A stretch of DNA of 64,000 bases from a virus. Within the stretch, counting starts at the first letter, position 1; each line of letters begins with the position of its first letter. Below, piece by piece: positions 46,401 through 56,300 of the stretch. The position numbers and the translations under genes were made by a program. The stretch is taken from the IMG/VR virus record IMGVR_UViG_3300044535_000472, positions 1 through 64,000 of that record, one strand, 5' to 3'. The notes beneath the pieces were generated by a model. The model saw nothing but the letters and a program-made list of their open reading frames with translations. It was not told the origin of the DNA and did not search any database.

Positions 46401-49400
46401 ACATCATTTTGGAAATCCTCTGCTATAGATACTGAGCCATCTTCATTTTTGGTAAGCTTATACATTAAAGTAGTAAGCTTATCAATGTCAAAGTCACCTC
46501 CTGACTTAGCTACAATCTCGGCAGGAAGTACAATTTGGTTACTACCTTCTGGTAAGAACTCATATACTTCCATAAACTCCATAGAGTTAAGACCTTGCAC
46601 AGGAATACGCACACCAGCTAAAGAAACAAGCTTGCGATTATTATCTTCATTTAACCAGCTTTCATCTTTAAGAAGTTGGTTAAGAGCTTGAAGACGAGTA
46701 AGTGACTGCCCTTTTCTTGCAGCATCCTCAATCATCTCAGTAACCTTTGGTAAGTCTAAAAGCTTTTTATATTCTCCTTGAATACCAATCTTAATTTTCA
46801 TGGCCATTGTCTTACCATCTTTTTTTCTATAGAATGGTAAGTCATTAGTACCTAATACTTCTAGACGCTCCTTAGAGTCTTTGTTAGCATTAAAGAAATC
46901 ACGGTTAGTATAACCAGCACCTGATACTTGAACAAGAGCCTCTCCCGTAACCTTTTGCTTAATAAGTTTCTTATTAATAATAGATACAAGAACCTTTTCA
47001 ATTTCAGCCGCTGCTAGAGATACGTCTAGAGAAGATTTTAATTTACCTTCTTTATTAAGCTTAACAAAATCTAAATGGTGTTCAGCAAGTTCTCGCTTAG
47101 TTAATTGACTTTCTATATAAGCAAATAACTTATCTAAAGGTCCTGTTGGTTTACCATTTTCATATGTCCAACCTATTTCATCTAATAACTCTTGTTTCTT
47201 TTGAGCCATAAGATTTTCAAGGTTACCTTGAAAACGTTTAATTAAACTATAGTTTTTAGATTCTCTACGCTTAGCTCTATCATCTCCAATTTTACTCCAG
47301 TTAGCAATCCTAACTTCTTTAGGCATATCTGGTTCAAAGTCTGTAGGTACACCATTCTCCATTAGTCCAGACTCAATAAGTTTACGTAATTGAGTAGGGA
47401 ATGTAGTTTTATTCTTATACTTAGGTGCAATCTCTAACTGCTTCTTGAAGTACTTTAAGAATATATCGTTAGGAGTAAACATGTATCCGTCTTCTGTAAA
47501 TGCCAACTCACGGTTAGTAGCATCTTCCGAATTTTTATAAAACTTATCTGGTTTACCATTAGGTGTAATAGTAGCAATCTTAGATCCTGATCCGAATAAA
47601 GCATAGTCGACCTTTTGCTCAACCATCTTATTATGAAGCTTTTCAAGATCGGAGCCTTCAATAGTAGATGGAATTAATGGTACCAATGAGAATTTATGGA
47701 ATGCTGTAAGTGGTAAACCATTTGTTGCAAGTGGTCCCCAGTATTGCATCTTAAGTACAGGGAAGAATTCTTTAATCTTAGTTTGATCAATATTCTTCTT
47801 AGCCAATACATCTCTATATAATAACTCTTGTGTATCTGACCATGCACCCATCATAATGCTAAGTGCCTTATAACCATCAAAAGTTATCCAGCCTTGAGCA
47901 TCCCCTTCTTTCATTTCACGGTATGGCTTAGCACGTTCTTTAACAATTTTTTCAACGTCCTCGTCTGTTAACTTACCATTTTTATAGCCAGGTGAATTTT
48001 TGATAGAAGTTCTAATGTCATCTTCAATGGCAGCGTAGTATAATGATTTTGTTTCAACATCTTCTAATACTGCACTTCTAAATTGTTCACCATAAGACTT
48101 CTCTACACTTTGACCTGTATACCAGCTACTTGAACGATAGCTAGCTTTATCAGGGGCAAATACAACATTATTTAAATAGCGTAACATTGCAGGGTCGGTT
48201 CTTGGAATAATACCACCGCTATTAATACCGGCGTTACGTTTTTGGAACTCCTCCTTAGCCATGTTATATAAAGCTGGATCACCATGATAAAGCAATACAG
48301 TTTCTACATTATGTATAAAGCTATTATAAACATGCGTTTTAATAGCAATATTTCTAGTTTGATTTCTAGTTAATTTTTTAGCTTTAGTATCATTACCAGC
48401 ATAGAGTTCTTGAATTTTATTGTGCATGGTATCATCCATGTATTCAGCTTCTACTAGCTTTTCAGTAAATTCATTTATCTTATTTGCAAAGTATACTTTT
48501 ATAACATCATCTGCTATTCTCTTTTTAAGATCGCTTGACTCTGGTAAATCTAAATAATCACGTAATCTACCACCATATTCAGCTGGGATACTCTTTAACT
48601 CTTCCTGTAACTCAGGTCTTATCATGTCTGAGAATATCACAAACTTTTCACCCTCTACACCATAAGTAGATTTACCTACTGGTATCATACGCTCTGGAGC
48701 ATTTGCAGGTAAAGCTTTTACCCTATTGATACGATCAAGCTCGGCCTCTAAATATCCCAGTAAGATATTAAATGCTGCAGCTTCACCATTAGTACCAAGA
48801 GCAAATTCTCTAGGGTTTACATAATACTTTCTATTAGATAAGTGATATACAAGTATTGTAGATTTATCTGCAGGAGTAGTTCCCATAGGTAAACCGTGGA
48901 TAACGCTTACGTGAAAGTCTGTAAGACGCTTTGTAAATTCATCTGAGTCTGATGCTGCAATACCATTACTTGGTTCACCATTAACTGTAAATGAAACACC
49001 AGCTAAGTTATTGATATCAATGGTAATCTTTTCATTAGATCCAACCTCTTCTTTAATACCACGCTTAGGCCCATTGGCCTTAGACATGTCAAACAACTCA
49101 TGAATTGTTACAAGACGTTTTCTTCTAGGATCTGGGTCATTACTTACAAAAGGATTGCGTAGTGCAGATAAGTGACTCATCTCAGGTTTTGCAATAAGAG
49201 TATTAAAATCAGGTGCCTCCTGTAATTCTCTAATCATTTGAGTAATGGTATTGTTTTCCATAAACTCATACTGCGCATCACCTGCTGCATTTAATACCAT
49301 GAAGTCTGAATAATCATCGGTATATGTAGCTTGAATCTTTTGCAAAGAGTTGTAGAATCCGCGTAAACCTTTTAGAACATCACCATCTTGTCTAACCTTT

Positions 49401-52400
49401 TTAGTAGGATTAATTAAATCATCAATTTTTCTTACTACAATTATACTCTTTGGCTTATTCTCAGCAATCATTTTATCATTATGAAGCTTAATAGCTTCAA
49501 TACGATCAAACATTACTTTAGCTGGATTTGGAATCATTTTATTTAATGCCGCAATAATCTTAGACTTATTGTCAAAGTATATTCCTACATCTTGTAAAAA
49601 TTTAAGTCTGTTAAGACTATTATACTGTGATGCATAGTCATTATATATAGCATCAATGTCTAGGAAGTTATTGCCATTAATATCAGGTTTGATATACTTA
49701 GTTGTAGTTGTTTTAAACCTGTCATTCCAGTCACGCCCTACCTTAGCATCTGCCGTTGAAGCACCCCCTACTTTAGCACTATACTCAAACTCGGTTTTAA
49801 TAATATTACCCTCTGCATCTCTTTCAAGAACATTAGTTGTTCTATCAATAACTAAAGCAACAAGTGGAACACGAGTTTTATTAAATGCATCATTAAATTG
49901 TGTCCATAAGTTTTGGGCATTAGCCGTCATTTGCGTATCAGGATTGCCAAGTTTAATTAGCAATTCTTGTATAAATGGATAGTCTTCTTTTGAATCCTGT
50001 AAACGACTATACATTTCTTGTGGACTATTAGCACCTTGTAGTATTCTAGTAATACGGTTCCAAGCAATACCAAAATCCATTAGTGTATTAAAGCCTAAGT
50101 TGTTTAGAGCTTTATCACCATTAGACTCTAAAGCATGTAAACTTTTAATTAAATAGATAACACTTTCATTAGCAAGATCTAATAATGAAGCTTCATTACC
50201 TCTTCTGTCATGACCATCTCTACTTTTGAATTCACCAGTGTCTTCAAATAATAGTACTGCTTTTTCCGATGCTGTAACAAAATCTGAGAAGCGAGATTTC
50301 TTATTGTAATACGCAATAATACCTTTATCACTTTCAGTATCCCAGTTATCTGTTGCCCATACTAAAGCATCTTGTTGATTTAAAAGTCTTTGCTTTTCAC
50401 TATCTGTTGTAGCATTTGCTATTTGAATATCTAGTGCTTCAATAGCTTCTTCTATTTTAGTCTTAGCATATTGTAATGCTGCTTCTCTACCTTTTGGTAT
50501 GGCTAGGAGAGCCGTTGTGTAATATGCTTTATCGCCGGAACCATCTTCGGTTACACCAATTCTTAGGTTAACAAAGTCAGATACTAATGAGTCTAAGGTA
50601 TCTACTATTTCCATAGAGTTACGCATAGTAAGCAATGGTGTGCTATAGTCTTCATTTATAGCCTCAGCACCCTTATTCATTACTTGCTGTCTAATCTCTG
50701 CAGGTAAGTTTTGCTCAGAGTAGCTATACTCAGTTAATCTTCCAAACTGTAGCTTATTATAAATATCATTAGCATAAGTCAACGCTTCTTGGTTTAAAAC
50801 CATGTCGTTGTAACTCTGTACTCCAAATAACTCAAGGAAGAAATCAAGAATTTTCCTAAAGATACTACGCTGTGTAACATCTTTAATTTCCATTTTACCA
50901 CCAGACAACATATAAGCTCTAAACTCTTCAGCTAGGAACTCTTCAAGTTCAAGGTCACTTGCTTTAGCAAAGTCTCTATATACACCTTTGTAAGTTCTGA
51001 AGTTACCGCTACGCTTTCTAGTTTTTTCATAAAGCTCTTGTCTTTGAGCATCAGTCATAAACATGCGGGTAAACCCGTGCCATGCTTCGTGGTATAAGTC
51101 TGAGTAATTAGCACCTTCAAAAAGTATAATAGCATTTTGATACCACTTTGCAACTGATGTTGGGTCATAAGTATTAACCTCATTCATTAAGTTTTCAAGT
51201 GGAAACTTATCTTTAAATATGCTATTATCAAACCACTTCTTAGCTTCTTCAAGCTTAGCTTTTAATTCATTTGGGCTAAGTTGTGCAATGTCAAAACGTA
51301 AACCAAATTGTCTAACAAAATCTCTAGCTTGTTTTTTATTTCTAGAAAGCCCTTGGAATTCGTCATCCTCAAGGCTATCATTCTTAACAATCTCATTTAT
51401 AACTTCCCAAGCTGATGGCTTAGGTGCTTCCTCAACTTTTTCTGCTGGAGCTTTTTTACCTTTTTCTTTAGCAGCTGGTTTAGTAGTAGCAGACTTCTTA
51501 CCCTTATTTGTTTTAGTAGGTGCAGCCGCTTTTTTTCTTTCGTAGTTTAAGATCTTTTCAAAGTTTTCATCACTAGGATCAAACTTAATATGACCGTTAA
51601 GCCCTACTATTTGATTGTCTTTATTAAGTGGTATATTAATAAAGAAGTTATCTTTAATGTAATCTACATAGTTAACTTCATTCTTTGTCTTAATCCACTC
51701 GCCGTCCTTTTCGTTAATGTTAAAGTTATCAAATAGACCATTAATATCACCAAGTACATCTGACTTAATGTGAAGACGTCTTTTATATACTTTAAAATAG
51801 CCAGTACCCTTATCTCTTTTTCTTGCTATAGGATCTTCAACTATAGTATTTTCATCTAGCTTATCTTCATAAGCTTTATCAATTTGTTTATTTATAACAG
51901 TTTTACCATCTAGAAATCCTGATTTTAATTCTTTTTCAGTAACCTCAGTTCCTGATACATAAAACTTTTCAAAAAGGTGTTTGTATATAGCATCTTCTGC
52001 CTCAGCTTCTTTTTGTGCGTCAATGCTTTTTCCAGACAATTTTAATACCCGACCAAGACCTTTAACATAGTTGAACTCAATACCTGATTCAGGTAAGTAT
52101 ATATATTCAGATAGGTATTTGTTTTTTTCATCTACCGTAAGCTCTCGCTTTTCACCTAAGTCGTTTATTTCAAATACAGGTCTGGCAATTAATCGAGCAA
52201 GCTTTCTAGCTATATCACTAGACATTCCTCTACTAATAATAGGAATAGCACCAGTTACACCATTAATATAAAATACCTGGTTAGTTTTAGTTTGACCAGA
52301 TGCTCTATAATTTTTTTCAGGTACGATAACTGGCTTAAATACTTGATTGATAAAGTTGACTTTACTAATTGGAGTAAGTAAGTTATAGTCAACATACATT

Positions 52401-53398
52401 GCGCCTAAAGAAGTTCCAGAGATTGGGACTGTAACCCAGTTTTCTGGTTTATTAAAATTATCCTTCGTGTAAGCAAATAAGTTTGTCATAAACTTAATTT
52501 CTTCATTAAGGATTTCCTGAGCCTTTTCTACAGATATCCCCTTACGCTTAGCAATATCTTCTGGAGCAAGTACACGCTTTCCTATATTTTCTGAAGCTGC
52601 TCTACCTGATCTAGCCTCAAAGTAAATAGGCTTACCGTTATTCTTGTTTGTAACATTATAGTCATTGTCAAAGAAAAGAATGTTACCACTTGCATCTGTA
52701 ACAGCTAGCAAAAGATTGTCAGCTCTTGAATAAGCTGTGGTATCATAAATATCATTTTTCTTTACTAGAGTTTGCAATGCACCTCTTGGTATAGCCGTTA
52801 AGTGATATCCGTAATCTTTATCTTTTGCGTTGTTAGTTATGTGTAGGATGAAATCGTAGTAAAATGCTTTTGCAGGGTCAGCTACGCGATCTTCTAATTT
52901 AGTTGCAGCATTAACTAAGTTCTGAATACCAGTTGTAGAAAAAAGACTATCTACAATATAGTTAAATGATGTAGCAAGTTCTAATGCATTACCCGCTGGT
53001 AATTCACCACTAGTAGATCTTTCAATTGCAGCTTTAACTTCTACCTCTTCAACTTTTTCTGCAGTTTCACCAGTGCCTAAATATGCTTGAACTTTAGAAT
53101 AGTCTTCAAACTCTAGCATTTTATCCGTAACAAAGTTTACATTAAACCCTGTTTTGATTAAGTGCATAGTAACATTGTTGTTAATAAAGGCAGCCTGACT
53201 AATAATACTTGGTAGTATTTGGGTATATGCCTCAGTAACTAATTGGTCATCTGCATTTTTAGAAATAAGACCCACAATATCTTTCATGTAGGTCTCTGGA
53301 TTTATCGGAGTATTATTTGAAAACGCTTCATAAAAATCACGATATACCATTTGGTAAAGCGAGTCTCTTTCTTTTTGACTTATACTACAGATTGCCAT
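43430..53398 (-). CDS. crAss-like virion RNA polymerase (3322 aa) with N-terminal zincin domain
   Basis: RIPVQGLNSM and GGDFDIDKL (DFDID at 46481-46495), as in the crAss-like phi14:2 gp66 RNAP; HEAWH zincin motif near 51080. Confidence 0.9.
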   Translation of the reverse strand: MAICSISQKERDSLYQMVYRDFYEAFSNNTPINPETYMKDIVGLISKNADDQLVTEAYTQILPSIISQAAFINNNVTMHLIKTGFNVNFVTDKMLEFEDYSKVQAYLGTGETAEKVEEVEVKAAIERSTSGELPAGNALELATSFNYIVDSLFSTTGIQNLVNAATKLEDRVADPAKAFYYDFILHITNNAKDKDYGYHLTAIPRGALQTLVKKNDIYDTTAYSRADNLLLAVTDASGNILFFDNDYNVTNKNNGKPIYFEARSGRAASENIGKRVLAPEDIAKRKGISVEKAQEILNEEIKFMTNLFAYTKDNFNKPENWVTVPISGTSLGAMYVDYNLLTPISKVNFINQVFKPVIVPEKNYRASGQTKTNQVFYINGVTGAIPIISRGMSSDIARKLARLIARPVFEINDLGEKRELTVDEKNKYLSEYIYLPESGIEFNYVKGLGRVLKLSGKSIDAQKEAEAEDAIYKHLFEKFYVSGTEVTEKELKSGFLDGKTVINKQIDKAYEDKLDENTIVEDPIARKRDKGTGYFKVYKRRLHIKSDVLGDINGLFDNFNINEKDGEWIKTKNEVNYVDYIKDNFFINIPLNKDNQIVGLNGHIKFDPSDENFEKILNYERKKAAAPTKTNKGKKSATTKPAAKEKGKKAPAEKVEEAPKPSAWEVINEIVKNDSLEDDEFQGLSRNKKQARDFVRQFGLRFDIAQLSPNELKAKLEEAKKWFDNSIFKDKFPLENLMNEVNTYDPTSVAKWYQNAIILFEGANYSDLYHEAWHGFTRMFMTDAQRQELYEKTRKRSGNFRTYKGVYRDFAKASDLELEEFLAEEFRAYMLSGGKMEIKDVTQRSIFRKILDFFLELFGVQSYNDMVLNQEALTYANDIYNKLQFGRLTEYSYSEQNLPAEIRQQVMNKGAEAINEDYSTPLLTMRNSMEIVDTLDSLVSDFVNLRIGVTEDGSGDKAYYTTALLAIPKGREAALQYAKTKIEEAIEALDIQIANATTDSEKQRLLNQQDALVWATDNWDTESDKGIIAYYNKKSRFSDFVTASEKAVLLFEDTGEFKSRDGHDRRGNEASLLDLANESVIYLIKSLHALESNGDKALNNLGFNTLMDFGIAWNRITRILQGANSPQEMYSRLQDSKEDYPFIQELLIKLGNPDTQMTANAQNLWTQFNDAFNKTRVPLVALVIDRTTNVLERDAEGNIIKTEFEYSAKVGGASTADAKVGRDWNDRFKTTTTKYIKPDINGNNFLDIDAIYNDYASQYNSLNRLKFLQDVGIYFDNKSKIIAALNKMIPNPAKVMFDRIEAIKLHNDKMIAENKPKSIIVVRKIDDLINPTKKVRQDGDVLKGLRGFYNSLQKIQATYTDDYSDFMVLNAAGDAQYEFMENNTITQMIRELQEAPDFNTLIAKPEMSHLSALRNPFVSNDPDPRRKRLVTIHELFDMSKANGPKRGIKEEVGSNEKITIDINNLAGVSFTVNGEPSNGIAASDSDEFTKRLTDFHVSVIHGLPMGTTPADKSTILVYHLSNRKYYVNPREFALGTNGEAAAFNILLGYLEAELDRINRVKALPANAPERMIPVGKSTYGVEGEKFVIFSDMIRPELQEELKSIPAEYGGRLRDYLDLPESSDLKKRIADDVIKVYFANKINEFTEKLVEAEYMDDTMHNKIQELYAGNDTKAKKLTRNQTRNIAIKTHVYNSFIHNVETVLLYHGDPALYNMAKEEFQKRNAGINSGGIIPRTDPAMLRYLNNVVFAPDKASYRSSSWYTGQSVEKSYGEQFRSAVLEDVETKSLYYAAIEDDIRTSIKNSPGYKNGKLTDEDVEKIVKERAKPYREMKEGDAQGWITFDGYKALSIMMGAWSDTQELLYRDVLAKKNIDQTKIKEFFPVLKMQYWGPLATNGLPLTAFHKFSLVPLIPSTIEGSDLEKLHNKMVEQKVDYALFGSGSKIATITPNGKPDKFYKNSEDATNRELAFTEDGYMFTPNDIFLKYFKKQLEIAPKYKNKTTFPTQLRKLIESGLMENGVPTDFEPDMPKEVRIANWSKIGDDRAKRRESKNYSLIKRFQGNLENLMAQKKQELLDEIGWTYENGKPTGPLDKLFAYIESQLTKRELAEHHLDFVKLNKEGKLKSSLDVSLAAAEIEKVLVSIINKKLIKQKVTGEALVQVSGAGYTNRDFFNANKDSKERLEVLGTNDLPFYRKKDGKTMAMKIKIGIQGEYKKLLDLPKVTEMIEDAARKGQSLTRLQALNQLLKDESWLNEDNNRKLVSLAGVRIPVQGLNSMEFMEVYEFLPEGSNQIVLPAEIVAKSGGDFDIDKLTTLMYKLTKNEDGSVSIAEDFQNDVITDIMDILSLESNYVDLITPNATDIVLPIAQELASKVRPYDSLQNVFTERGKEIKGTRIFEIEYNIYKHGSNSIGKRTLGQGAVDNTYSVIFNTVGAYLQPKYIIGEDEKGDPIKKEQTIYLPHNTLLTPDGAAISLSNLYDADGVNKVSDVISQLINGWVDIAKDPWIFDIQGNNFVAPALLLMVQAGVPIRQAAYFVSQPIIRQYINEVKKAKSAYAGPLGIELSNPNFFRSEARRKVLMNFPEMLAYTDTNDDGETVLYSKSIKNAASDIAGSLKDKVFNQQYFEDHLQDELDFENTDQLALLLHFLDIEDMSKVITAVKRTTNLDTQVASSLFETNLRQHQADQLREDDRFGEDVISKILDESSISSFGIAEFMSDIYKNLFTIRDSKLVNDFLLKKLSDKKFKSAVSDTFGEQDAFISNFRNDLVMFMFQNYMRNLDLDSIKYYKSLQVASKSVKLKPTTKSPVSVFVKNVKLKDKTTIPMMYFDKQKLVEEFESLQANSGKENINITNPELPFEFGIIRSGMFQNIREYGRYVMEREYLRNAIPVSDIIKRSDYIQYKKDFIAAKFEEIEESELENKATTFAYENTLRDMALDNTFNQYYILKSPTKSYAKRLLDIKEKYPDLVQKYKVLDFLTADEAKTKERVIKFKSGKLDADRINRFHEDLVELTDPFNLIETANMTSSEAQEISKFFTNLPIYTMFTTGFNSKGEYGIGQIMPDTRLTPILESMINYMETNKLMTWNLINSYFNKFSTVNSYKNTSSRYKVRNYTLDQPLWKASRNPAADLTGSFGAVQTFRDNYQSPSFIVGKAEKDVDIKQAINKLLSDRSNYLFVYNGASNPTAKPLETNDSVFALSQENTNSFGLTSKLGYQDVVSQQMTDNNYDENIKAIENSIQALKKAAKDYDNKIFWNAAGYGQYMIGADVNGENVNQKRAKAPKTFVYLSKRLYEEFGYKNKNYEVVAPKKFIRVTREDILNKVQELNKC

Positions 53399-56300
53399 TA
53401 TTCACAACGATTTTTAAGATTATTTAAAAAGTTATTTTGCGCTTGGGCCTTAGTCATCTTTTCAGCATCACTAGCAAGTTTAGCTTGAGCATCTTTATCA
53501 TTAGCTAAAGTTTCTGCATTTGACTTTGATTCATTCATAACTTCATCAGTTTCAGGTTTTGGAGCAGGAGCCTTTTTCTTTTTTGTAGATGAAACAACCA
53601 TCTTATCAATATCTTCTACAACTGATTCATCTAGGATTTCACCTATGGCATCCTCGTCATTCAAAGGTACAACAGTAACTTGTTTTTTACTAACTTTTTT
53701 AACCTTAACTACACGACCATCTTCAAGTTTAATGATCATTCCCACTTCAGGTTTTACTTTAGCTGTTTCTTCAGTTTCAAGAACTTCTGGTTCTTTAACA
53801 ATTTCTTCAATAGCAATACCGTATAGCTTAAGCTCATCAACTATCTTTTTAATTTTTTCATTTAAATCATTGATTTTAACTAAGTTACCTGAGCTTATAG
53901 CTGCAATTTGTTCACCTCTTAGTTTAGATAACTTAGTTTTTAAACCGTCAATTCTTTTTTGCTGTTTAGTTTTTTCAGCTTCAGCTAATGCATCTTCTTC
54001 CTCTTGAGTTCTAGTAACTTCAGAACCTGCTGGTCTACCATATCCAGTAACCTCAAAGATATCACGTGATGTGTTTAGCTTTAATAGTATACTAGGGTTT
54101 TCTGCAGTTCCTGTATTTAAACTAGTAAGACCTTTTACAACACCTCCAGCATTAGTAGAAAGTTGTATTGGTAGGATGTAAATATCGGTGATGTCTTCCC
54201 CAGTAGCTTGGCGAATTAATTCACGGTATGCTAACTGTTGAATTGTATGTCCACGCTCATATTGATATTCATCTGCAGGATCATTATAGCTATCAACTAA
54301 GTTTCTAGTAGACGTCTTTAAGTCAATAATACCTAAATCGCCATTTTCATTATACATAAGAAAGTCAATTTCCCCAGCACGTGGTCCAGCAATATCACCA
54401 AATAAAGTTGGGATACTACCTACTACTTTAAAGCCTTTATCTTTTAAGTATTGTTTAACTTCAACCATTGTGTTGTACAATGCACTTGGGAAAGTCGCAC
54501 TATACTGCATCATTTTCTCACCACTTTCTGAGTCAACTTTACCAGATAACTCTTCTAGTTTTTGTTTTACTTGCTCTGGTGTAGTTAATTTACCATCAAA
54601 GAAATCACGAAAAATAGGGTCAAGTACATTACCACGGTTAGCAGCAGTAGTATTAGTAAACTTCTTGGCTAAGATATCCCTAACGATATCACTAACACGA
54701 GCTACCTTATTGCCATCCTTTTCATATCCACCTTCTACTTTAGTAACTCCACTAGCTTTAAAGCTATCGCTAAGTTTCTTAATTAAAGCTTGTACCTTTT
54801 TATCAGCTTCAGCAAACTTAGCAGCAAACTGAAGATCAGCTATTGCTTGTTGTAGTGTTTGACCTTGAGCATGTAAAGCAACAACCTCATCTTCGGTTAA
54901 ACCATTAATATGTTCTGGTAACCAACCTCTTGCAAATAGATCATCTCTAATCTGCTGAATATCAAGTGGTTTAGGTTCTTCTGGTTTTTCTTCAACAGGA
55001 GCTTCAGTTTTACTTTTCTTCCAGTTTTCAATAATTGTAACAGCCTTTGGGTTAGTTTGAATAAAGTTTTTAAAGCCTATTTTGCTTTCTTTTATTTTAG
55101 CAACGGCAGCTACTTTTTTATAAGCATCATAAAGTAAATCGGAAAGATCTTTAGGAAGCTTTTCAACAGGGGTGTTAATATCAATATTATCTACATCTTC
55201 TGCTGTTGTACTAAATCCTTCTAATGGTGTAACCTCAGGAACTTCTTCAGTAGTAGCAGTAGAGGTTTTAGTAGATGCTGTTTTTACCAATACAGGTAAA
55301 CTAATCATTACCGAACCATTTGCTGCATTAAATCTTAATTCAGCTTCGGGTAGTAACTTAGTTACTTGTTCTTTAATTTTATTAAACTCTTCTCTAGTTA
55401 AACCTGTTTTTTGCTCATATAAATCACTTATTTCATCTTCTGTTTTTGCAGAACGTAATGCATCTAAAGTAGCAGCATTTAAACTAACATTGCTAGTAAT
55501 TATATTTCCAGATGCATCTCTTAATAACTCATATCCTCTTTTTAAGTTATTAGCATATACTCGTAAACCGTCAAGAGAAATGTTTGTTTTTTCAGTGTAC
55601 TCATGTTCTGCAGGTAAAGACTTTTGAACTTCTGCAAGCATAGTCTTAAAGTTATCTTTATTACCAGACTTGTTCTCCATTTTAGAAGTCCATCTATTAG
55701 TTGGAGTAGTAACAACTTTACCATCTTTTATAGACCTTTCATATATTCTTATATAACCAACATAATCATTATCAGATGTTCCTGTCATGATAACATCTAC
55801 TAATCCATTATCTGGGTTAGTATATTCAGCAAGACCAATTCCGTTAACTTCTCTATAGCCTGATATTTTTGAATTTTTACCACTACCTCCAACTACATCA
55901 GCAAACTCAGTTTCATCTGGGAATAAATCTTTTCTTTTTCTATTCTTAATTGCATCTTCTGGTGTTTCTGTTGCAGGTTTAGTACCCTTAGCTTTTGCTC
56001 CTAATGCATCTGCCTCAGCATTAGCTTCTTCAAATCCAATTACCTCACCATCTACTGTTACAGTTAATGGTTGAACACCAAGTTTTAAAGCTCTAGATGT
56101 TGCATATATTATTGCCTGTAAAAGCTTTACTCTTCTATCATTTTCTTCTGGAGTAAGTTTATCGCTTTTTTCTATTACAGGAGTTTCTTCAGCCGTAGTT
56201 GTTTCTTCTTCTTCAATAGCAACTTCTTCTAGTACTTCATCCTTTGGTTCTTCAACAGATTCCATAGCAGGAGACTTTCTACGCTCACCCGGTTTTTGTA

